Source of the DNA: an uncultured Verrucomicrobiae bacterium
GTDB taxonomy: Bacteria > Verrucomicrobiota > Verrucomicrobiia > Palsa-1439
DNA length: 64,000 bases
Reading direction: 5' to 3'
NCBI GenBank assembly: GCA_963812605.1
Contig: CAWEWF010000011.1
Span: forward strand, 1-64,000
Part shown: positions 8,466 through 17,725 of the stretch, piece after piece
Position numbering within the stretch: the first letter of the stretch is position 1
Layout of the letters: the number at the start of each line of letters is the position of its first letter
Made by a program: the position numbers and the translations under genes
The notes under the pieces: generated by a model
What the model was told of the DNA's origin: nothing
Database searches by the model: none
The model's input: only the letters and a program-made list of their open reading frames with translations

Positions 8466-9719
8466 ATGTCTGACGTTACAACATCAATACCGAACACAAA
8501 ACACGCCGTCGCCTTCACCGGCCTTTCGACCGCAATCGGCAATCCAGAATCGCCAATCCAAAATCGCACCGATCTTTGGATCGTGTACTTGCCGAAAGGC
8601 GACCGCGCGGTTGACCAGAGCGCCGAGGACGGGACGCCGGTGAAATTGCGCGTCAATCCCTCCGCGCTTTCCGCGAAGCGCATGGAAGCCGCGCGCCGGG
8701 TAGTTGCAGGTGAGGTACGACCGCAGGCAGGGACGCCTGCGCCACCAGGACCGAGAAACCAGCCGTACACCGATTACAACCACGACGATAAGGAAGCCAG
8801 CGGTCGACCGTTGAAATTCGCGTGGCATGACGACCTCGGTGTGATTGGCCTCACGCGGCGCACGCTCCAAGCCATCGAACGCACCACGGGCGATCCGCCC
8901 GAGTTCCAGGCCTTCTCGCCGCACGTGCCCATCGACCCCGAAACGGGCGAGGCGGTCGGTATATATATGAACTGCGGCGGTTTTGTGAATCGTCCGCTCT
9001 TCGGCGACGCCACTTCGCTGTCCGCCGCCGCGCATCTCCCGCAGGAATTGGTCGCCGCCAATCCAAACGAAGTCGAACTCATCAATGTTGTAGCAGCGTC
9101 CGTCCCGGACGCTTCCGTCGCCGCAACCGTAGAACGGGCGTCCCGCCCGTTTACCGAATTGATCGCCAAACTCTGCGCCCATTACCAATTCGATCCCGCT
9201 ACCGTCACCGAGCCCGAATTGATCGCTGCCTTCGACCGCGAGTTCGCTGACATCACCGCACTGACCGCGCGGGCGAATCTGGCGGAAAACGCCATCGTCG
9301 CGCTTGGGTTCGAGAAATCCGCCATGCCCAACCCCGCCGAGCTGACCGCAAAAGCCGCGCTCCGCAAACCGTCCGACGAAGAAATCGGAATGGAGCTTGT
9401 CGGCTTTGCGGTCGGCTGCGGGATTCTCGCGCCTGCCGAGAAAACGGAATGGGAGCGCCGCCTCGCCAAAGACCGCGCGGGCTGGACGAAGGAGTTGCTC
9501 GCGAAAGCGCCAAGCGTGTTGCTGGGCCGGATTATCCAGGACCAATCCGCCACCCACGCCGCGGGAGGAACGAAGCCAAAAGCGAAGTGGGAGCACCGGG
9601 TCGAGGAACTTTGCGCGAAGGACCCCCTCATTGCCCCCATCGCGACGAAGGATCCCGCACGCGCCAAATCAATTGCGCTCGAACGAATCGCCAGGGAGGA
9701 GCCAGCGCTCCTCAAGTAG
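8466..9719 (+). CDS. Mu I-like prohead protease/scaffold
   Basis: AGGAGG RBS; DYNH...ASG, FSP and GFVNRP motifs; helical C-terminal scaffold region; repeats at 8534, 8718, 9090, 9129. Confidence 0.8.
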   Translation: MSDVTTSIPNTKHAVAFTGLSTAIGNPESPIQNRTDLWIVYLPKGDRAVDQSAEDGTPVKLRVNPSALSAKRMEAARRVVAGEVRPQAGTPAPPGPRNQPYTDYNHDDKEASGRPLKFAWHDDLGVIGLTRRTLQAIERTTGDPPEFQAFSPHVPIDPETGEAVGIYMNCGGFVNRPLFGDATSLSAAAHLPQELVAANPNEVELINVVAASVPDASVAATVERASRPFTELIAKLCAHYQFDPATVTEPELIAAFDREFADITALTARANLAENAIVALGFEKSAMPNPAELTAKAALRKPSDEEIGMELVGFAVGCGILAPAEKTEWERRLAKDRAGWTKELLAKAPSVLLGRIIQDQSATHAAGGTKPKAKWEHRVEELCAKDPLIAPIATKDPARAKSIALERIAREEPALLK

Positions 9720-9775
9720 CCGCACCCGATCGGGTCCGCTACGGAACCAAAAACCAAAAAAGAGGAGACACACAA

Positions 9776-10141
9776 ATGTGGAGCAGAACTGTAGAAACGG
9801 CGGTGAAGCTTGGCTTCGCGGTAAATCGCGGCAGCGTGGACGGCAATGTCGTTCTCGCCGCTGATGGCACAAAGCCGACATTCCCCGTCTTTAGTGAACG
9901 CCCCGACGTGGGCACGATCATCGCCGTGGGCAGCACGGTCGCCATTGTCACGGACGACGGCGACCGCGAAATCTACGTCATCCTGGGCAACACCGTCACC
10001 GAATTCCAATTCGGCATGTCGGATGCGAACGGCGCCTGGATCCCGGCCACCACCGGCAATTACACGGGCGTGCAATTCCTGCAAAGCGGCGTCGCCGGCA
10101 ACGTCGTCAAGGCCCGCGCCGCGCAATTCAAACTCCCATAA
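9776..10141 (+). CDS. capsid cement/decoration-like protein
   Basis: GAGGAG RBS; 121 aa G/V/A-rich; SDANGA and LQSGVAGNVV pattern; between protease and capsid. Confidence 0.65.
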   Translation: MWSRTVETAVKLGFAVNRGSVDGNVVLAADGTKPTFPVFSERPDVGTIIAVGSTVAIVTDDGDREIYVILGNTVTEFQFGMSDANGAWIPATTGNYTGVQFLQSGVAGNVVKARAAQFKLP

Positions 10142-10192
10142 CCAAAAATTGTAGGGCAGGCCTCTTGCCCGCCGACGAAAGGAAACAAGTAC

Positions 10193-11212
10193 ATGGCATC
10201 CGAACCACAACTCCTGACTCTCAACGCGCAGCTCACGACGTTCGTCGCGGGCGTGCAACCGCCCGATTTGCTCGGCCGCATCATCGCGCCGACTTCTCCC
10301 GCGCAATTGATTTCCGATGTGAAATTCAACTGGTGGAAATTTGATCCCGCCGAATACCTGCGCAAGCAGGACACGAAGGTCAACCGCCGCGGCACCATTC
10401 CCGTGACGGATTTCAGTTTCATCACGGACTCCGATGTCCTTGCCGATCACGGCCAGCAGATCGTCAACCCCAACGATATCAGTCTCCTCAGCGAAGGCCA
10501 ACCACCGCAGATTTTGCAGGCGCCGGTAAATGTCCGCATGGCAAAACTCAAGGCGTTGACCGAGACGTTCTGGTTCTCGCACGAGTTCGAGGTAAACAGC
10601 CTCGTCTTCGGCGCGGGCAATTACGCCGCGGCCAACACCCGCGTTGCCGCCACCACCGACATGCTCGACAATGCCGACAACGAGCCCATTAAGATCATCC
10701 AGACGTTGATCGACACACCATTGATTCCACCAAATGCGCTCGTCATGGGCCTCGCCGTCTGGCGTCCGCTGCAGCGCCATCCGCAGATGGTCAGCGCGAT
10801 CAAGGCCGTCCTTGGCAGCCGCGCCGCCGTCAGCGGTCAGGTGAACCAGGACGAAGTTGCCGCGTTCTTCGGCCTGAAGCAGGTGCTCGTGGGCAAACAG
10901 CGCACCAACGACGCGAACCCCGGTCAGGTCGCCAGCTACAGCCGCATCTGGGGCAAGCACCTGGCCGCGATTCGCATCGAGGACGCGCCGCAGTCTACTG
11001 TCTCACCGTATCCCGGCACCGCCCTGACCGCCTACGGCAACATCATGAACGCCGGCCCGGTTTTCGTCGCCTCGCGCACGATCCAGCCCGGCGAGGAAAA
11101 CGGCGGCCTCTACGGCGCCGTCGCCGACATCATCGGCCACACCCGCAAGGTTCTCATGGTCAACCAGGACTCCTGCTACCTGTTGCAGAACTGCGTCACA
11201 AACGATGTGTAA
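10193..11212 (+). CDS. major capsid protein
   Basis: 339 aa; PNALVMGLAVWRPLQRHPQ, AAFFGLKQVLVG, IWGK motifs; synteny. Confidence 0.85.
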   Translation: MASEPQLLTLNAQLTTFVAGVQPPDLLGRIIAPTSPAQLISDVKFNWWKFDPAEYLRKQDTKVNRRGTIPVTDFSFITDSDVLADHGQQIVNPNDISLLSEGQPPQILQAPVNVRMAKLKALTETFWFSHEFEVNSLVFGAGNYAAANTRVAATTDMLDNADNEPIKIIQTLIDTPLIPPNALVMGLAVWRPLQRHPQMVSAIKAVLGSRAAVSGQVNQDEVAAFFGLKQVLVGKQRTNDANPGQVASYSRIWGKHLAAIRIEDAPQSTVSPYPGTALTAYGNIMNAGPVFVASRTIQPGEENGGLYGAVADIIGHTRKVLMVNQDSCYLLQNCVTNDV

Positions 11213-11225
11213 ATCCGCCTCTGAT

Positions 11226-11264
11226 CCCCTCTCCCCACCGGGGGAGAGGGTTGGGGTGAGGGGG
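11226..11264 (+). repeat. boxC-like repeat (CCCTCTCCC...GGGAGAGGG-TT-GGGTGAGGGG)
   Basis: Related copies at 11868-11903 and 13947-13982. Confidence 0.8.
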
Positions 11265-11275
11265 AACATAAAAAT

Positions 11276-11752
11276 ATGACCATCATCAACGCTTTCCTGG
11301 CAGCCAGCGACGTGACCGACAACTTCAGCCCCGCGCAGCTTATCGAGATGCTCGACGATCCCGTGAATCCCACGGGCGCCTTAAATACCACTCTCCGTGA
11401 CAAAATCATCGCCCGCGTCAACGGCGAAGCCAGCAGCCTCGCCTCGGGCAAGCTCCTCTTCCCGCTGCAAGTCGACGACACCGATGCGGACAACATCAAG
11501 GCCACACTCGCGGGCTTCGCACTCGACATGTTCGAGTACTACGCGATGAAGGACAAACCTCACATCCTTCAAGCGTTCACCGGCGTGCAAGACGGCTACA
11601 ACCGCGCCATCGCCTGGCTCGAAGCCGTCCGCGACGGTAAAGCCACCATCGGCACCAGCAAAACCATCCCCGGCGCCGAAGCCCGCACTGCCGCTGTCGA
11701 AACCAGCCCCCACAAAGGCACTTTCGAGCGCAAACGAATGAGAGGTTGGTGA
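11276..11752 (+). CDS. Mu gp36-like head-tail adaptor (DUF1320)
   Basis: YNRAIAWLEAVRDGK motif; follows capsid. Confidence 0.8.
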   Translation: MTIINAFLAASDVTDNFSPAQLIEMLDDPVNPTGALNTTLRDKIIARVNGEASSLASGKLLFPLQVDDTDADNIKATLAGFALDMFEYYAMKDKPHILQAFTGVQDGYNRAIAWLEAVRDGKATIGTSKTIPGAEARTAAVETSPHKGTFERKRMRGW

Positions 11753-11770
11753 TGATTCCCTCGACTTTAA

Positions 11771-11903
11771 TTGTAGGGCAAGCGCTTCGCTTGCCGTCGC
11801 GAATTGTAGGACAAGCGGCCCGCTTGTCGTCGTCGTTGGTAGGGCGCGCTGGCCCAGCGCGCCGTCTCCTCTCCCCTCCGGGGGAGAGGATTAAGGTGAG
11901 GGG
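11771..11903 (+). repeat. mosaic cluster of three direct GTAG REPs plus a boxC-like repeat
   Basis: GTAGGGCAAGCGCTTCGCTTGCC, GTAGGACAAGCGGCCCGCTTGTC, GTAGGGCGCGCTGGCCCAGCGCGCC; 11832-11864 is identical to 6581-6613 in the portal. Confidence 0.85.
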
Positions 11904-11912
11904 AATATAACA

Positions 11913-12456
11913 TTGCCCTTCACCATCGAACCACGCGGCTTCGACGAACAAGGCCAGCGCCTCCGGCTCATCGACGCCCGTCTCGACAACCTTGATCCGA
12001 TCTTGAACGTCCTCGCCTCCGACCTCGCACAAATGTGGCGCGACAACATCGATGCCGGCCCCAATGATCGCTGGCAAGCCGGTCTCTCCTATCGAGCCGA
12101 ATCCCTCGGCGGTGTCACGTTGCGTGACCGCGGCTTGATGCAGGATTCCATCGTCGGCCAGCAGACCGGCCCGGCAGAAATCAGCGTCGGTAGCCCGCTC
12201 ACGGTCGGTAATGACTGGAACCTGCTCGCCATTCACGAATTCGGCGCGGACGTGAAAGCGACAAACAAGCCGTGGCTCATGTTCCGTTATCCACTCGCCT
12301 CAGCCACCGACTCCGGTTGGGCGCGCAAAAAAGCCATCACGATTCCGAAGCGCCCAACCGCCCCCTTCAATTGGGACAGTGGCGAACTAATGCCCGGAGG
12401 CAGAAATCGCGGTTCAATCGCGCATCAACATTTATTTGGCGGAGATCTCACAATGA
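11913..12456 (+). CDS. virion morphogenesis protein (Mu gpG-like); apparent +1 frameshift near 12393
   Basis: TLRDRGLMQDSI, VGS, AIHEFG, TIPKRP motifs; removing one C gives the end MPEAEIAVQSRINIYLAEISQ*. Confidence 0.75.
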
Positions 12457-12468
12457 AAACGTGCTTTC

Positions 12469-12496
12469 TGTCATGCCGAGCTTGTCGAGGCATCTC
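12469..12496 (+). repeat. GTCAT-type short palindromic repeat
   Basis: TGTCATGCCGAGCTTGTCGAGGCATCTC; reverse-complement relatives at 52931-52958 and 62849-62876. Confidence 0.75.
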
Positions 12497-12571
12497 CTGC
12501 CGTTACCGCCCATGTGTCCCTGCGCTAGGCGCCACAATCACATTGGTTTCATCCTTCGAACGGGCGCGATC

Positions 12572-13105
12572 ATGAGCAATTACCTCATCGACATCGAAGA
12601 TGCCATCATCACCAAGGTCAACTCCGCCCTGCGACCGGACGACTCCACGCGCAATTTCTTCAATCGCGTGGACATCTTTCGCGGCGAGAAGGCCGAAGTC
12701 TTTCTCGCAGTCGCGCGTGAGACCGCGCCTTCCGCCTGGCTGCGTCTCGACCGCATCCTCAATAAGCCCGAGGAATTCAAAGGCGCGCGCGGCCTCGGTC
12801 AACCCGTCCTGCAAGGCACGTTGCGCAACGAGATTGCCTGTGTCTGGTCGCTGTTCCTCTGTGCCCGCTCGTTGCGCGCCACCAGGGAACTTTCCCACGG
12901 CGGCCCCGGCGTCATCGGCGCGTACGACATGATCAACCTCGTCGTCGGCCCGTCGGGTTCCCCGCCATCAACCGCCGGCCAGTTGCGCGGCTGGCCCCCC
13001 ATCGCGCAAGCGGAGCCATTCGTTTTTGTCGGTCTGGAACTGCTCGGCCAGACGACGACTGAGACCGTCTACGAAGCTCAGTTCCGAACCCGGGTGCAAC
13101 TGTGA
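12572..13105 (+). CDS. Mu gp37-like tail terminator
   Basis: IEDAIITKV start, GAYDMI, VYEAQF end; lies before tail tube. Confidence 0.7.
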   Translation: MSNYLIDIEDAIITKVNSALRPDDSTRNFFNRVDIFRGEKAEVFLAVARETAPSAWLRLDRILNKPEEFKGARGLGQPVLQGTLRNEIACVWSLFLCARSLRATRELSHGGPGVIGAYDMINLVVGPSGSPPSTAGQLRGWPPIAQAEPFVFVGLELLGQTTTETVYEAQFRTRVQL

Positions 13106-13145
13106 ACGAAATCATTGTCCAAAACCAAAAACGGAGGAATAAAAA

Positions 13146-13931
13146 ATGAGTAACTTGGCCATCCGCAATCGGCTGACCGTCGGCAACGTCTGGCAGGGCG
13201 GCGCGGTCGCGCTGTTCGACAGCAACTATCTCGGCGTCCTGCTCGACCTCGGTAATGTCACCGATTCCACGTTCGACCAGGAATTGGAGGCGACCGATTT
13301 CCGCACCGCTCGCGCTACGGGCACGCTCGTCACCGAAGCCCGTCCGATCAAGCGGCTCGAATTGCCCATCACCATCAAGTGCAACGCGCCCGACCCGAAA
13401 GCGCTCGACCTCGCATTGTTCGGCACGGGCCAGGCCGCCTTCAGCCAGGCCTCCGCTTCGGCCACCACCCAGAATATCACCGTCGCCGCGCTCGACCTGT
13501 GGCACAAAATCGCCGGCTTCGAAATCGCCAACGTCGTCGTGAAAAAAGCCAGCACCACCGCCGTGTTCGGCACCGATTACGATCTGGACACCGAACTCGG
13601 CGCTGTCAAGCCGCTCACGGGCGGCATGTTCTCCGTCAGCGATACCATGGCGCTGACCTACGACCTGACGGCGATCAGCAAGGTCGAGAACCGGCCGCAA
13701 ACCCACATCGGCTTCGTCTACGGCGAATTCTACCTCTACATGGTCCTCCCGCCCAACGAAGGCCGCACCACCGAGCAGGTCTGGCTCCGTCACATGGCCA
13801 AGTCCCGCTTGGAACCGACCGGCAACTTCGACTTCAGCCCCGACAAACCTGCCGAGCAGTCATTCAAAATTACCCCCGTCCCAAGTGGCGACACGACCTA
13901 TCCCTTCGGTTACCTGCGCCAAATCAAATAG
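13146..13931 (+). CDS. major tail tube protein (non-contractile type)
   Basis: GGAGGA RBS; DLGNV, LDLALFG, GTDYDLDTELGAV motifs; no sheath gene nearby. Confidence 0.8.
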   Translation: MSNLAIRNRLTVGNVWQGGAVALFDSNYLGVLLDLGNVTDSTFDQELEATDFRTARATGTLVTEARPIKRLELPITIKCNAPDPKALDLALFGTGQAAFSQASASATTQNITVAALDLWHKIAGFEIANVVVKKASTTAVFGTDYDLDTELGAVKPLTGGMFSVSDTMALTYDLTAISKVENRPQTHIGFVYGEFYLYMVLPPNEGRTTEQVWLRHMAKSRLEPTGNFDFSPDKPAEQSFKITPVPSGDTTYPFGYLRQIK

Positions 13932-13992
13932 CAACCAACTCCCGTTCCCTCTCCCCTCGGGGGAGAGGGTTAGGGTGAGGGGAACCATACAT

Positions 13993-14424
13993 ATGACTGA
14001 CCAAGCCGTAAGACCAAACGTGGAAGGCGAGCTTCATCCCGACTCCGAGATCGGGACGCGCCGCCGACTTCGCGAGTCGATCGAAGTCACCTACGCCGAC
14101 GAACGCCGCGAGACCATCATCGTCAAACGCCTTTCCAACACCGACATGATCAAGTGGGCCGACACCGGCCTCGACAAGGCTTTCCTCGTCTTCCGTTCCG
14201 TTGAGCGCTCTGAGATTTCCAATCTCCAATCTCAAATCGGGCAGCTCTGGTTCGACTCCCTCACGCAGGACAGCGCCTTCGCCGTCGTCGAAAAGGCGCT
14301 CGCGCTGAACCATTCGCCGCTTCAAAAAAAAATGCTGGAGGCCGTCCTGGAAAATCTGCGGTCGTGGTTGTCAGCGATGCCCTCGACTTCCTCCGCGCCC
14401 GCGGCCATGACCCCGAAAAACTGA
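13993..14424 (+). CDS. tail assembly chaperone (G-like)
   Basis: Between tube and tape measure; slippery A9 run at 14324-14332. Confidence 0.7.
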   Translation: MTDQAVRPNVEGELHPDSEIGTRRRLRESIEVTYADERRETIIVKRLSNTDMIKWADTGLDKAFLVFRSVERSEISNLQSQIGQLWFDSLTQDSAFAVVEKALALNHSPLQKKMLEAVLENLRSWLSAMPSTSSAPAAMTPKN

Positions 14425-14648
14425 CCGACTATGAAATCGAAGAGACTTTCACCGTCGCATTCAAAAACTGGCAGCACGGCCTGGTCGAAGCCGCGTTTTA
14501 CACCGGCCTGCCATGGGTGACCAAACCGCGTGACTGGAAAAAATACTGTGATGACCTCCACCAGGCAATCGAAGGGACCTCACAACGCGCCGTCGCCGAG
14601 GAACTGCTCTCCAGCTTCCTCGCCCAGGGTGTTCCGGTCGCGAATTGA
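14331..14648 (+). CDS. tail chaperone T-like extension reached by -1 frameshift
   Basis: -1 frame is open from the A AAA AAA site (NAGGRPGKSAVVVSDALDFLRARG...) to 14648. Confidence 0.65.
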   Translation, partial: NAGGRPGKSAVVVVSDALDFLRARGHDPEKLTDYEIEETFTVAFKNWQHGLVEAAFYTGLPWVTKPRDWKKYCDDLHQAIEGTSQRAVAEELLSSFLAQGVPVAN

Positions 14649-14665
14649 CGCTGAAAGGCGATGAG

Positions 14666-15751
14666 ATGGCAGCCAACAACATTGCCGAAATCATCCTGAA
14701 AGTTACGACCGAAGGTCAGGGGAATGCCCAGGCTCTGGCCGCGCAATTGACCCAGCTCGATCAAGTGACGAACAAGGTGATGACCACCACCGTGGCCGCT
14801 ACCTCCGCGCAAAAAACGTTTAATGCGGAAATCGGCAAGACGTCACCAGCCGCGGGTCTTGTCGCCAAGGCGCAATTCCAACAGCCCCCTTCACAATTGG
14901 AAAAGCTGTCGCAGAACTGGGGCGACCTGCAAAAGCAGGTCGATGGTTTCACCACGCACACCCTCCGGGATTTCACTTCCACGTCCGCGCGCGCGTTGAC
15001 GCAATGGATCGAGGGCTCGAAGAACGCGAAGCAGGCCTTTGCCGGTTTCGTCACCTCCGTCCTCGAAGGCATCATTCAAATAATGCTTCAGCAGACGATT
15101 GCCCACGCGCTTGGCCTGACACAGGCGCAAGTCTCCGCGCAAACACAGACTGTCGCGAACACGGAAATCGCCGCCAGCGCCGCGCCCGCCGCCGCGCTCA
15201 CGGGCGCCGCCACCTTCGGGGCGAATTCCATCGGCGTGGCGCTGGTGATTGCCGCCGTGCTGGGTGGCGTCGGCGCATTGCTGGCCCTGACGCGTAAAGC
15301 GGAGGGCGGTCCGGTGTTTGGCGCGGGCAGCGAAACCAGCGATTCGATTCCGGCGTGGCTTTCGCAAAACGAATTCGTGCAACCCGCCTCCGCCCATAAT
15401 TACTACGGCACCGATGTCATGGAAGCGATGCGGACGCGTTCCATCCCGCGTGATGCCATCCGCGCTTCGATGGAGCACCGCACCTTCTCGCTGGGAGGTA
15501 TGGTGGCACAGGCGTCTCTGCCTGTGAGGGCCTTTGCCGAAGGCGGTATCGCCGTGCGCATGGCCGGTGGCGGCATCATCCCGAATGTCAGCGTCGGCGG
15601 CGCGACTGTCTTGATGGCCTTCGGTCCGCAAGAGATCGACCGCTTGATGGCCACCAGCGAAATGCAGAAGCACCTCGACGATCATCTGGACCGCAATCGC
15701 CACCGCATCGTACGCCACGTCAAACGCAGCGGAGGGACCCGCCAGGAATGA
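14666..15751 (+). CDS. short tape measure protein (361 aa)
   Basis: A/Q/T-rich helical; C-terminal AEGGPVFGAGSETSDSIPAWLSQNEFV motif; REP at 15501-15526. Confidence 0.85.
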   Translation: MAANNIAEIILKVTTEGQGNAQALAAQLTQLDQVTNKVMTTTVAATSAQKTFNAEIGKTSPAAGLVAKAQFQQPPSQLEKLSQNWGDLQKQVDGFTTHTLRDFTSTSARALTQWIEGSKNAKQAFAGFVTSVLEGIIQIMLQQTIAHALGLTQAQVSAQTQTVANTEIAASAAPAAALTGAATFGANSIGVALVIAAVLGGVGALLALTRKAEGGPVFGAGSETSDSIPAWLSQNEFVQPASAHNYYGTDVMEAMRTRSIPRDAIRASMEHRTFSLGGMVAQASLPVRAFAEGGIAVRMAGGGIIPNVSVGGATVLMAFGPQEIDRLMATSEMQKHLDDHLDRNRHRIVRHVKRSGGTRQE

Positions 15752-17619
15752 TCAGCGGCCTCACCATCTTCCCGTTCCGTGCGAATTGGTCCAAGCCGAT
15801 CACGCTGAAGTCCACCTTCGCGACGAACGTCAAGCGTGAGTCGATCCCCGGCAGCATCACGCGCGATAGCGCCCGCGACTACGGCCAGCGATCCATCAAG
15901 TTCAACATCCTGCCTTACAATGATGGTGGCGCAGGCGTCCCTGCCTGCGTCCGTGACTCGTGGGACGCCTTCCGCGAGGCGAATCCGCCGGGCACGATCC
16001 TCGGCATTCCGTTGTGGAGCGAGGAAGGCATTTACCTGACCGCCGACGCCGCGATCGGCGCGACGACTCTCTCGCTCTCCGCGGTGAACTTCGTGGACTG
16101 GCGCGGTGAAGCCGTCCTCTGGCCGTTCGGTAGTGGCGCGGGCGTCTCGCCCGCGGTCGTTGAAGGCGTCACCATCGCCAGCATCAGCGGCGCCATGATC
16201 AATCTTTCAAGCGCCCTTACAATCGCCTTTAAGGCCGGTGATCAATTCCTTCCCTTGATGCGCGGCTTTCAAATCGACGACTACGCCGAGCGCGTCCTCA
16301 GCCCGGAGATCTCCGAGCTGGTGCTGGAGTTTGTCGAGGACCTCGCGCACATCGGCGCGTATGCGGTCCCCGGCACGGTCAACGCCGTGTCGTATCTCGG
16401 CATCCCGGTCCTGCCGCTCATCGCCGAATGGAGCGAGCCGCCAACCGTCGGCATCACCCAGGGCACGCACGTGGTTTCGCAAGGGATCAATCGCCAGGCG
16501 CTCGCCACGCTCCGTCAATACGTCCGCCAGCGCCTCTCCTATCGCGTCGGTTGCGACGGTCGCCAGGACCGCGCGACCATCTGGGAGTTCTTTCACGATC
16601 GCCGCGGACGGTGGGACCGTTTCTGGCTGCCGTCGTTCAAGGATGAACTGAAACTTTCTGCCGATGTCGGCGCGACCGATACCTTCCTGACGCTGGAGAA
16701 TTTCGCGGACTACAGCAGCCGCTTCAATCTCGGCGGCGACCTGCGCGTCTCAATCTTCATCACGGATGGCTTCAACTTCTGGATTCGCCAGGTCAAGAGC
16801 CTTTCCACCGACAACTCAAACAAAGTGACGATTGATTTCGCGATCGGCTCTCCGCTTTCCGCTTCCGCGACGATGATCGGCCTGTTGCCCCTCGTGCAGT
16901 TCGCCACCGACGATATCGAGATCGAATGCCAGTCGCCGCTCGTCGCCACCGCGACCCTGGCCTTCACCGAACTGGAACGGGAATACGTCGAAGTGGACGC
17001 TACCTCGTGGCCGCCCGTGGGCGGCACCGCCGGCGGAACCGGTACCGGCGGATTGAACAATGCACCGCCTCCCCCAGCAACGCCTTGCAGTAATTTTGAT
17101 TCGGGCACCACGCCCAGCCAACTGCTGATCCATGTGAAGATTCAGGGGCCACCGCCCGGCGTGTGCACCGCCTACGAAGTCGGCAACACGCTGAAGATGG
17201 TCTACCAAAACGTGCCCGGCGACTTCGACGCGAACGGGCTCTTCGAGCACGACCTGGTTGCCACGCAGGTCTCGGGCAGTCCCTGTGTGTATGAGACGGC
17301 CACCGCGGACTATTTCGGCGGCGGCGGCGCGGTGTATATGGCCGCGCAAACCTACTCCGACAATCACTGCGGCACGGGCGGCGGCATCGGCGCAACCGTC
17401 AACGGTTTCTTCCGGCTCACCAAGCAGGCCACGTCGATGCTGATCCAGTGGGTCGTCGTGGGCAGCCCCACACACATCATCCGCGACCAAACGTTCACCT
17501 GCACCAGCGACGGCAACGCCCTCAACGGCGTCGGCGGCCAGCTCGCCAACGAGTATTCCTACGAGCAACTCTTTTCCCTAGTGCTCAGCACGTTCACCGT
17601 GGAGATCGTCCAGCCATGA
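15748..17619 (+). CDS. distal tail/baseplate protein with C-terminal extension
   Basis: ANWS, AEWS, FFHDRRGRWDRFWLPS motifs of Mu-like siphophage tail proteins; G/P linker then ~180-aa extra domain; REPs at 15924 and 16133. Confidence 0.7.
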   Translation: MISGLTIFPFRANWSKPITLKSTFATNVKRESIPGSITRDSARDYGQRSIKFNILPYNDGGAGVPACVRDSWDAFREANPPGTILGIPLWSEEGIYLTADAAIGATTLSLSAVNFVDWRGEAVLWPFGSGAGVSPAVVEGVTIASISGAMINLSSALTIAFKAGDQFLPLMRGFQIDDYAERVLSPEISELVLEFVEDLAHIGAYAVPGTVNAVSYLGIPVLPLIAEWSEPPTVGITQGTHVVSQGINRQALATLRQYVRQRLSYRVGCDGRQDRATIWEFFHDRRGRWDRFWLPSFKDELKLSADVGATDTFLTLENFADYSSRFNLGGDLRVSIFITDGFNFWIRQVKSLSTDNSNKVTIDFAIGSPLSASATMIGLLPLVQFATDDIEIECQSPLVATATLAFTELEREYVEVDATSWPPVGGTAGGTGTGGLNNAPPPPATPCSNFDSGTTPSQLLIHVKIQGPPPGVCTAYEVGNTLKMVYQNVPGDFDANGLFEHDLVATQVSGSPCVYETATADYFGGGGAVYMAAQTYSDNHCGTGGGIGATVNGFFRLTKQATSMLIQWVVVGSPTHIIRDQTFTCTSDGNALNGVGGQLANEYSYEQLFSLVLSTFTVEIVQP

Positions 17620-17640
17620 GAGGCTCACCCTCCATCCGCT

Positions 17641-17709
17641 GTAGCCGCGTCCCGATTCCGAGATCGGGACGCGCGCCGCGTTGGTGTAGCCACGGCTCTG
17701 TGAGCCGTG
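17641..17709 (+). repeat. two intergenic GTAG hairpins
   Basis: GTAGCCGCGTCCCGATTCCGAGATCGGGACGCG and GTAGCCACGGCTCTGTGAGCCGTG; first is related to 14037-14063, second to the 19908-19964 doublet. Confidence 0.8.
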
Positions 17710-17725
17710 AGGGCCAGGATCGCCA

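Noticed and set aside
7607-8473. 288-aa plus-strand ORF as Mu gpF
   Set aside because: No gpF motifs; the minus-strand ORFs have more natural composition.
11771-11903. Clustered palindromic repeats as a CRISPR array
   Set aside because: Units differ, spacers are too short and irregular, copies are dispersed, and no cas genes are present.
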